Virus record (IMG/VR): IMGVR_UViG_3300028591_000071
DNA from: a virus
Taxonomy: Duplodnaviria; Caudoviricetes
DNA length: 64,000 nucleotides
Reading direction: 5' to 3' (one strand)
Position numbers and translations under genes: made by a program. Positions 27,482 through 35,957 of the stretch are shown one piece after another. The notes under the pieces were generated by a model. That model was not told where the DNA came from. It saw only the letters and a list, made by a program, of their open reading frames with translations, and did not search any database. Numbering within the stretch: position 1 is the stretch's first letter; each line of letters opens with the position of its first letter.

Positions 27482-30400
27482 TTAGACAAGAGTTTTAATT
27501 ATTGTTGTTATCTGATTAACCTTGGACAATAGTGCCTCGTACTCAGATTTTTTAATTTCAACAACCTCTTCATCTTCAAGTTCAGTTGGCGAAGTTGCCG
27601 AGAATAGTCCCGTACTGTAAGCCCTTGATTTAGGCGATGGGGCAGAGAATGTCATCTGCCCAACACTATAAGTCGTTTCAAATAGTCTTGGTTTGAATGT
27701 ACCAATAAGGTCGGTATATCCATTGTCGGAATATATTGATATTTCTTCTCCGTCATATACCGAGTCAAGAGGTATCAAGAATTCACCATCCATCTCGTTT
27801 GATTCATAGTTCCCAAGATTCGTGCTCCTGCAATATGCAATTCCTGTATATGGGACACCAAGTTGCATTATCGTTACATGTGCGTATCCCGTTAGAAAAA
27901 TCTCTTCCTTGATTGTATAGCCAAGTCCGGTCGTAGGGTCAATCACATAAGCCCACATAGGGTCATTCTCGTATTGCTCTCTTGTCCCGACAGACACAAG
28001 CAATTCTCTTTCAGCCTGAGGCACGTTCGTGCCGCAACCCGCAAATGAGTGCCAAGCGAAACTAATGGCATTCTCAAGGGTTACGGAAGGGACTGTATTT
28101 CCGCTATCGTCAGTGCGGCCAAATGCCGAAATTGTGATGGTCCTAAGATTCCTTGAATTCCAGAACTCAAATTGTGCAAGTCCTATTGTATCGGCGGATG
28201 TTGCATCGGACGACTGTTTTATCGTGATTGTCTGCAAAGGGGTTATATATGAAAATGCCCTTTTTCCAAGCGACATGCGTGTCCCAACAAGTTTGAAATC
28301 AGTTATACCGATTCCCCTGAACGCCTCTTCTCCAAATCCTTCCATGTTTTCAGGAAGCACAAGTTCAGTTATGCCTGCGCAATTCAAGAATGCCCTGTAC
28401 CCTATGGTTCTAACAGTTGATGGGAAGGTTACTGAAGTTACCTGTTTTCCGTTAAACGCGTTTTCAGCAATTTCTTCAACACCATTAGGTATATCAACAT
28501 TTGCGGGCGGATTGTATCCAACAATAAGTCTTCTCATATCTGCAGAATACATACATCCGTTCAATAGTTCAACCGTAGTGTGGTTGTCAAGAGGATTAAG
28601 AACAAGGTCTATCGCACCTGAGCCGTCAACAATGAGTATTCCTTCCTTTGTTAAGGGGTTGCTTCCTCCTCTCTTATAATACCATGTTCCGCCGTAAGTG
28701 AACAATGAATTATCATTATTTACCTGTACGCTTATTGTATTACCCGACTCATCTTCTGTATCATATGCGAACACAGGAAGAATTATCGTTTTGAGGCTCT
28801 GACAATTCTCAATCACATTGACGGGGAAGTATCCGGCATCGCTAAGATACTCCGACACATCATTATTAGTCTTCAAACTCGGCCTGCATACAAAATATGT
28901 CGGGAATGTGACGGTTTCAATATTCCTACAATTGTAAAGCGTTCTCTGACTCATCTTCTGTACAGAATCAGGGAATGTTATCTCCGTCAATGCATTACAC
29001 CCAACGAATGTATGTGAATAGCCGCTCGCGTCGCAGGCAAATTCTTCAACACCATTAGGAATCGTTATTCCGCTAAGTACCGAACATCCGTCAAATGAGC
29101 GAATACCTATCTTCTTAAGCGTTCCCGCAGTTGGGAGCGATACCGAAACAAGATTATCACAGCCCCTGAATGCATTCTCAGGTATTTCCGAAATAAGGTC
29201 GCAGTGTGAAATGTCTATCACCTCTATGTCGCTGTCCATGCAGAATCCTTCCATTATCGTCTGTACGACAGGTGCATCGCTTGTCGTCAATTCGGTAAGT
29301 TCCTTCACACCGAAGAATGCATATGGAAGTATCAACTGTGCTGCAGGTATTTCGTACGTTTCAAATCCATGACCTGCGGTAGGGAACCTCATGAGGGTTG
29401 CTCCGTTGCTTGACATGAGAACACCGTCTATCACGTCATATTTTGCGTGTCCTTCTTCAACAACGAATCTCTCGTAGTGACGACCTCTTAATATCTCATA
29501 GGTAGGAAGCGTCAAGTTAAGAGGTATTTCAAGAACCCTCAGTCTATTGGTCGTCGTCTCAGGAGCCCATTTCTTCTCTTCGAATGCGTTGCCCCTTATC
29601 GTCTCCAATGATGCAGGGAACCTTAGGTAATTGTCACCCGCTTCCGTTGTAGGAAGGATGGCGTTTTTAAATCCCGTTCCTCCAAATGCAAAGTCATCAA
29701 TGGATATTACGCCTTCAGGAAGGGCCAACTGTGTCAACGATGAGCATCTTAGGAATGTACCTTCTTCGATTATATCAATGCCTGAAGGAAGAGTTCTGTT
29801 ATTCACGTCGTTTCCAAACGAATCCTCCTGTTTTGTATACACATTCTTCAATGCGGAGCAATCGGCAAAGCAATATTCTCCGATATGCGTTATTCCGTCA
29901 TGCAATACGATTTCCGTCATGTTTGCATTTGAGAATGCCGATGCAGGAAGTTCCGTTACATTCGTAAAGTAAGCAAATTCAGGGAATACGAAACTATCGG
30001 TTATCCCGCTGAATGCCGTTCCAATATTAGTTACCGCCTCGGCCTGAACCTTTTTCATAGCGTTCTCGTCAGTAGCCCATCCGTTCCTGTAACATATATC
30101 CATCACGACAGGGTTACTATCCCTTGTCATGATAACATTTTCGTTAAGAACAAGTGCATCATAGGATGCGGTGACAACGCTTCCGTCGTGGTTGGTTATC
30201 CTTGCCCCGATTGTCATTGGAGAAGATACCTCGGGTTGGTTGCTTCCAATCCTTACTATATACTCGTGTACATTGTCCGGATTTACATAAGAAGTCTCGA
30301 CATATAACGATTGTGCGGCACCGGTCAATGACCATTCAACAGAATAACTACCTATCGGAAGTTCTTCGTAAGAAGTCAAAAGTTCAAGTGAGAACGCATA

Positions 30401-33400
30401 TTCTCTGTTTGCATACAATGACTTCGTTCCCTCGATTGTCGCATTTGATGCATAGGTAGGGTCTTTGATTGTGAAGTCCATAACGGAAATCTTATCAAAC
30501 GCACTACTTACCAATCCCATGTAAACAAGGACCTTGAAGGTCGTGTTGGTATTAAGAACACGCTCTTCACATCTCAACACTCCTATTTCCTTATTATCGG
30601 AATCTCTTGTGTTCGTTAATGAAAGCCCCTGTCTTACAGACTGAAGGTCGGTGACAACAATATAATTCTTGCCCGCAATAGGGTCTTCGAATATGGTCTC
30701 GCCTTCTTCGGCCTCAGATTTGGTCTTTGTCGTCTCTTCAACAATGTAGAACCTGATTTCACTGAGACTTCCCTCGATTGCCCTCTCGTCAGGATAGATT
30801 TCCCTGCTGAAGACATTCTCCTGTCCTGCAACCATCTCCGTCTTTTCCGAAGTGATGAAGACACTCTCAGGAGTTCTAATGTAAAGTGCGGACATCTTTT
30901 CGTTGAAGCAGTTCTCTCCGAATATCTCCTTCAATTCATTGATATTGTCCATTGAAAGGTTACCGCAAGAACGAAGGTCGATGACACCGCTCAATTGGAA
31001 TAGACGACCCTTCTTGCTGAAGTTCTTGAATAACTTGACAGCGTTAAGGTTATTAAAACTCCACTTGATGTTACTGATGCTTATGCTCTTTCCCTGATAT
31101 ATCGTTGATGCCTGTGTTGATGCCTCAATCGAGTTAATCCAAGGAAGTATAAGTTTATTGTAATAGTCAAGCCCAACACCGGCATTGTTTGAAATCCTAA
31201 GCGAATTGAGGCTCGTGTTAGGTGTATACTTAAGGCCTTCGAACACGTTGGTAGTGAATGACACGTCGTTGAGTGCCATAGTACCGATTGTCTGTGGAAG
31301 TTCAACAAGGTCGAATACGGAACCTGCAGCCGGCTCGAAACTACCGAGTTTTGAACCGAACGCCTTGAATGTATGAAGGTTGTTAAACGCATTGAGCGGA
31401 ACATATGTTATTCCTTCATAGTTGGTTATGTCAAGATACTCAAGGTTAGGAATCTTCGCCCATGTCGTAGTATCCTGAGCCGTCGTATTCTTAACATTCT
31501 CATTACCGATAACGAGTTTCTTCATCGTATTCTGAACAAGGTCGTTTCCGAGGACGAACTTGAAGCTACCCTCATAAACAAACCTTGCCGTTTCTGAGAA
31601 ATCCATCTCAGTCATCTTGTTGAATGAATAGATGTAAACAGGGTCACCCTGAGACTGATTGGTAGGGAACGAGAAGTCGATTGTGTCGCCTTCGTTCCTC
31701 TGCATATTACTCTCATAAATCTTCTTCTGCTGACCCCATGCATAGTAGTATTTCGCACCCGCTACGGCATGTATCGTAGTACCTGACAAACAATTGGTCT
31801 TGATTTCAACATAGGTGTTTTTATAATCACCTGAAAGCCACTGTGCGTCAAGCAGGTTGAAGTGATTAGCAATCCACCAGTGACGGTGTGAACGCCTCGT
31901 ACCCTGCAACATCCAAAGGTTGTTGACCGGCTTTCCTTCCATGTCTCCGATACCTTTTGCAGCCTGAATGTACTTATACCTTTCGTTAGCGTTATAGATA
32001 CGCTCGCACCACTGCTCCGTCTGTTTGGTATCGAACTCAGTTACCATGTTATCATAATTGAGTTTGTACTTGGACATTGAGTAGTCAAGGTCGCGGACCA
32101 TCCTCATGAATTCGTCATCCCTTTCAAGGTTGTTCCAAAGTGTTGAGTCATGGCCCATCATTGCATATGCGTTCGTTCCGCCGCTTTCGTTATCAGCCTG
32201 TTCGTCAACGATAATATCTGATGCCGCGTCAATGGTCTGTCTGTCGAGGTCCCAATGGAACGCCAACTGACCGTTGTTACGAAGTCCGAAGAGACAGTCA
32301 TTATCGTAGTTAATGAAAAACCACTTCCTATACTTCTTGTCTGTTCTCCTGTCGTATTTTCCGTTACCATCGGTGAAGAGCATTGTATTCTTTACGAACT
32401 GGTCGACAGCACCATATCTCATTAGGTAGATGTAATAACCGGCGAGTTTCCAAACATCAAAGTGCTCCCACTTCTCAGTCTCGAACTTCTTCTGCCTATT
32501 CTCTGCGTTGTCAATCAAACCCTGTCCTTCGGCATAAGCATAACTCTCAGCCGTGTCGGTTGTGTAACCATATTGGTAACTATTGATTGTCCTTGCAAAT
32601 GAAGCGTCAATGTCAATGAATCCGCTATACTGCGTATCATCTTCGTGTCTCGTTGAAACAATCCACTTAGACAACTCGTACAATGCTTCAGGATTGCTCT
32701 CGTAGTCCTCAGGGTCAGGATATCTCGCTTCATATGTCTCCTGCCACTTGAATAGTTGTCCGTCAGGTGTCCTGTCATAGAACCCGTCAGTGGTGATGAA
32801 CAATGAAAGCGGGTTGGTATTCTTCAATCCTTCCCATACCTCGACTTTTGAAGAATCGTAAATCATCGTATCCTCGTCTTCAGGGCTTTCGATATCTTCA
32901 AATCCGAATACCTCATATGAGCCCTTGTCGTTTATGAAGTTGTACTGTCCCAAGAATACAAGATTGTTCTCGGCGTGAGATGTCCTGTAGAAGCAGACCA
33001 TAGGGAATCCGTCAACTGCGGTTCTGATGTCATCCTGTCCTTCCGCAATACACTGCTTCTGTGCCTCGGTCCTACATACATACTTCTTTTGGTCTCTCAT
33101 GGCCTGAGTATAGTTAGGAATCCTGTAATGAGCGTCGTTTCCTTCTATATCGACCCCATCGTATGTGATGTATTCCTGTCTGTTGATAAGTGCGCTGTCC
33201 TTATATGTCTGATTCGTATAAGAAGCATCTCCGTTATCAAGTAATTCCGTATTTTCAAATATGTCATTCCATGAACGACCCGCACCGACATTGTGCGAAC
33301 ATGATGACTCCATGAAGTCGGCCTTAAGTGTCCACTTTGTTGCCTTGTGTGAATTTGCCCTGAATCTATATTTACCCTTCTTGAGTGCTTTTCCTTCATA

Positions 33401-35743
33401 GTCAAGGGTGAAGCAATATGTGTTCCTGAGTGTTCCGTTTGTCTTGAAGTCATCGAAATCAATCGCCTGCCCCGTTCTCTTATCCCTAAGCATCAAGTTT
33501 CCCACGACGCTGTTAGGGTCGAGTTCAAAGTTAGATGCGGTATAAAGGTCTTGGTTGAAGTTCTTATCCTTTGTCTTTAACTTGAAGTTCTTACGAGGAT
33601 AACCAAGTGATGATGTACCCTGCAGTTTCATCTGACAGTTGAAGGAAACGAAATTTCTTTCAGGCTCCTGCCTGTTGATATACTCAACATCGAAGCTTCT
33701 CCACTCCTTGTCCTGTCCGTTATCTACGATATCCTGCATATCTCCCGTGAATATCATCACGGGCAGTTTGTTTGCGACTTCATCAAAACCGATTTCAGTT
33801 GCAGAACCGGCCTTAAGAACATTATTCTTTTCATAGATACCCTGAACATCGTCAGAATCAACAACATAGTTGTTAAACGCTTGGTCAACTGTTATTGCCT
33901 TATCATAGATTCTTATTGACCTTAGCCTTACCTTACATTGTCCCGTAGGGTCGCCGATTGTAAGATAGGATGTTGATTGCATGTTATCTCCATCCTGATA
34001 AAGTGCCGCCCTTTCGAGAACACCATTGACAACAATATAAATCAAATAGTCATCTTCCTGCTGTCCCTTCTTATTTCCGATAAATGCTATCTTAAGACGC
34101 TCGTTATCCTTGAAACGGGTATTAATCTTAACGCCATTTGATGTTGAGAACTCCGCATTCGTCGCGGTAACCCTGAAGTATGCTTCATTTTCTTGTGCAT
34201 TATCTTTACATTCGCATATAACGGCATCCTCATTTTCCACGTCAAAAGTTTCAAGGTCAATTTCAACCGTTCCGCCTTGATTAACCCAGTCGTTGAACAT
34301 CGGCTGAATATTAAGTCCGACGGTTGCACCGTTTGATATGACGAGTGATTCCGTCTCCTCGTTCCATCCTTGCTGTGCATTCCAAGAGAATCCGCTGAAC
34401 GTAGCATAGTACCTCGTTCCGTTAGCGCCAACACAATCCCATACATCCCTGTCGGAATCGGTATTTCTTCTACCCGTTGATTGGAGTTTAAGTATGAGAC
34501 GGTCTGTTGCTTCCTTGATACCGCTTGTCGTCTCGGCGACATCGACATTGATTACATATTCGAAAATCTTTTCGTCATCCTCGTCAATCGCATAGACCTT
34601 CAATTCCTTTCCGCTTCCATAATCCATCGGCCTATAACTGAAAGTGCTTATTGCCTCGTTTCCAAATACCTCGGATGATGATATTACCTTTCCGTCGTAC
34701 TCAAAATAAATAACCAATTTCCTTCCGTTGAAGTCATAGATGGACCAATCGAAAGTAATCTGTTCAAACTGAGAAAGTGATATCGTAAGGTTTTCACCTT
34801 CAGGAACGACTGATGTGTCTCCGTCAGCAACCCTGTACATAAGGAATGATGTGGTCGTATCACCTGCTTTCGCAAATGTATAGAAATGAGTAGGCGTGTA
34901 GAAGAGTGTTCCGTCGGATGCCCTTACATATGCCCTTACCTGAAGCGAGTGTTGCCCTATTGCGAGGGATGATATGTCAAGTGTTGCTATACTGTCCCTC
35001 CTGATATCACTGATTACCATTGATTCGGAACTGCTTACGCTAACTCCGTCAATGAAGAATTCAAGGTATTTCGTGTCGCTACATTCGATTATGTATGGAA
35101 CGGTCATCGTATTTCCTGTCTTAGCCACATTGTAATCGAAATCCACATTGAACATAAGGTCGAATATACTGTATGTAAGAACAAACTGTGTTGACGCCTT
35201 CGTTGACATACCGCTTATCTTAACTGCAATGCTGTTTGAACCGTCACGGAGATAATCATCAACGGTAACGGAGAACGGCGTCCAATCACCCGCGATAACG
35301 GGGATTTCATTCGTGAATTTGCTGCTTATTCCTGAGCCGGTGAATGACATCTCAATCTTCGCCCTTGCGTCTGCAGTCATTCCGTTCTCATCAACGATTT
35401 TGAACTTGAATCCGACTGTATTTCCCGTAGTGCCCTTCAATACACTATAAGATATGACGAGACTATCTTGGTCTATCTTCACATCATAATTTGACTTCAT
35501 CTCATATGAACTCAATACGAGCGATTCGTCACCCGTATCAATAAACGCCGCCTTGTCATCTTCATTTGCGAAATAATAAACGACATTAATCCCTTCCGGC
35601 TTATAGACAGCACCTATCTTGGTATTCAACTCGTCCTTGATGAACTCCTGAACCCTACTACCCTTTACAGGCAAAAAACCCGTTGAAGCATCGCCTCCCC
35701 AGTCAGTATTCCTTGTTATCTTGTTGTCGTATTGCTTGGCCAT
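27482..35743 (-). CDS. Giant multidomain virion protein: Ig-like, LamG-like, CotH-kinase-like and BspA-type LRR (2753 aa)
   Basis: QGTSSLGYPRKNFK, LKADFMESS, GQYNF..DKG, YDND..FG (CotH-like); many IP.GV..I...AF..C..L repeats (LRR_5). Confidence 0.8.
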   Translation of the reverse strand: MAKQYDNKITRNTDWGGDASTGFLPVKGSRVQEFIKDELNTKIGAVYKPEGINVVYYFANEDDKAAFIDTGDESLVLSSYEMKSNYDVKIDQDSLVISYSVLKGTTGNTVGFKFKIVDENGMTADARAKIEMSFTGSGISSKFTNEIPVIAGDWTPFSVTVDDYLRDGSNSIAVKISGMSTKASTQFVLTYSIFDLMFNVDFDYNVAKTGNTMTVPYIIECSDTKYLEFFIDGVSVSSSESMVISDIRRDSIATLDISSLAIGQHSLQVRAYVRASDGTLFYTPTHFYTFAKAGDTTTSFLMYRVADGDTSVVPEGENLTISLSQFEQITFDWSIYDFNGRKLVIYFEYDGKVISSSEVFGNEAISTFSYRPMDYGSGKELKVYAIDEDDEKIFEYVINVDVAETTSGIKEATDRLILKLQSTGRRNTDSDRDVWDCVGANGTRYYATFSGFSWNAQQGWNEETESLVISNGATVGLNIQPMFNDWVNQGGTVEIDLETFDVENEDAVICECKDNAQENEAYFRVTATNAEFSTSNGVKINTRFKDNERLKIAFIGNKKGQQEDDYLIYIVVNGVLERAALYQDGDNMQSTSYLTIGDPTGQCKVRLRSIRIYDKAITVDQAFNNYVVDSDDVQGIYEKNNVLKAGSATEIGFDEVANKLPVMIFTGDMQDIVDNGQDKEWRSFDVEYINRQEPERNFVSFNCQMKLQGTSSLGYPRKNFKLKTKDKNFNQDLYTASNFELDPNSVVGNLMLRDKRTGQAIDFDDFKTNGTLRNTYCFTLDYEGKALKKGKYRFRANSHKATKWTLKADFMESSCSHNVGAGRSWNDIFENTELLDNGDASYTNQTYKDSALINRQEYITYDGVDIEGNDAHYRIPNYTQAMRDQKKYVCRTEAQKQCIAEGQDDIRTAVDGFPMVCFYRTSHAENNLVFLGQYNFINDKGSYEVFGFEDIESPEDEDTMIYDSSKVEVWEGLKNTNPLSLFITTDGFYDRTPDGQLFKWQETYEARYPDPEDYESNPEALYELSKWIVSTRHEDDTQYSGFIDIDASFARTINSYQYGYTTDTAESYAYAEGQGLIDNAENRQKKFETEKWEHFDVWKLAGYYIYLMRYGAVDQFVKNTMLFTDGNGKYDRRTDKKYRKWFFINYDNDCLFGLRNNGQLAFHWDLDRQTIDAASDIIVDEQADNESGGTNAYAMMGHDSTLWNNLERDDEFMRMVRDLDYSMSKYKLNYDNMVTEFDTKQTEQWCERIYNANERYKYIQAAKGIGDMEGKPVNNLWMLQGTRRSHRHWWIANHFNLLDAQWLSGDYKNTYVEIKTNCLSGTTIHAVAGAKYYYAWGQQKKIYESNMQRNEGDTIDFSFPTNQSQGDPVYIYSFNKMTEMDFSETARFVYEGSFKFVLGNDLVQNTMKKLVIGNENVKNTTAQDTTTWAKIPNLEYLDITNYEGITYVPLNAFNNLHTFKAFGSKLGSFEPAAGSVFDLVELPQTIGTMALNDVSFTTNVFEGLKYTPNTSLNSLRISNNAGVGLDYYNKLILPWINSIEASTQASTIYQGKSISISNIKWSFNNLNAVKLFKNFSKKGRLFQLSGVIDLRSCGNLSMDNINELKEIFGENCFNEKMSALYIRTPESVFITSEKTEMVAGQENVFSREIYPDERAIEGSLSEIRFYIVEETTKTKSEAEEGETIFEDPIAGKNYIVVTDLQSVRQGLSLTNTRDSDNKEIGVLRCEERVLNTNTTFKVLVYMGLVSSAFDKISVMDFTIKDPTYASNATIEGTKSLYANREYAFSLELLTSYEELPIGSYSVEWSLTGAAQSLYVETSYVNPDNVHEYIVRIGSNQPEVSSPMTIGARITNHDGSVVTASYDALVLNENVIMTRDSNPVVMDICYRNGWATDENAMKKVQAEAVTNIGTAFSGITDSFVFPEFAYFTNVTELPASAFSNANMTEIVLHDGITHIGEYCFADCSALKNVYTKQEDSFGNDVNNRTLPSGIDIIEEGTFLRCSSLTQLALPEGVISIDDFAFGGTGFKNAILPTTEAGDNYLRFPASLETIRGNAFEEKKWAPETTTNRLRVLEIPLNLTLPTYEILRGRHYERFVVEEGHAKYDVIDGVLMSSNGATLMRFPTAGHGFETYEIPAAQLILPYAFFGVKELTELTTSDAPVVQTIMEGFCMDSDIEVIDISHCDLISEIPENAFRGCDNLVSVSLPTAGTLKKIGIRSFDGCSVLSGITIPNGVEEFACDASGYSHTFVGCNALTEITFPDSVQKMSQRTLYNCRNIETVTFPTYFVCRPSLKTNNDVSEYLSDAGYFPVNVIENCQSLKTIILPVFAYDTEDESGNTISVQVNNDNSLFTYGGTWYYKRGGSNPLTKEGILIVDGSGAIDLVLNPLDNHTTVELLNGCMYSADMRRLIVGYNPPANVDIPNGVEEIAENAFNGKQVTSVTFPSTVRTIGYRAFLNCAGITELVLPENMEGFGEEAFRGIGITDFKLVGTRMSLGKRAFSYITPLQTITIKQSSDATSADTIGLAQFEFWNSRNLRTITISAFGRTDDSGNTVPSVTLENAISFAWHSFAGCGTNVPQAERELLVSVGTREQYENDPMWAYVIDPTTGLGYTIKEEIFLTGYAHVTIMQLGVPYTGIAYCRSTNLGNYESNEMDGEFLIPLDSVYDGEEISIYSDNGYTDLIGTFKPRLFETTYSVGQMTFSAPSPKSRAYSTGLFSATSPTELEDEEVVEIKKSEYEALLSKVNQITTIIKTLV

Positions 35744-35761
35744 TTAATAAAAGTTTTTATA

Positions 35762-35932
35762 TTAATTCTTCCATGAATCTTCGTTTAGCCACGGCCTCTC
35801 ATTAATCCAATATCCACTACCATAGCAAGAACGGGCCATTTGCCAAACGAGAAATTTTCCATGGTACACCTCACTCAACGGAAGTGTACCACGGATTATT
35901 TCAACTAATTCTTTCTTGCGTCTTTCAATCAT
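35762..35932 (-). CDS. Small Trp-rich protein (56 aa), not in the ORF track
   Basis: MIERRKKELVEIIRGTLPLSEVYHGKFLVWQMARSCYGSGYWINERPWLNEDSWKN fills the gap between the 35958 and 27482 genes. Confidence 0.8.
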   Translation of the reverse strand: MIERRKKELVEIIRGTLPLSEVYHGKFLVWQMARSCYGSGYWINERPWLNEDSWKN

Positions 35933-35957
35933 ATATTGATATTAGATTTCAAATGTG

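Noticed and set aside
27482-35743. Diversity-generating retroelement targeting the LRR protein
   Set aside because: No reverse transcriptase or adenine-variant template repeat seen in this window.
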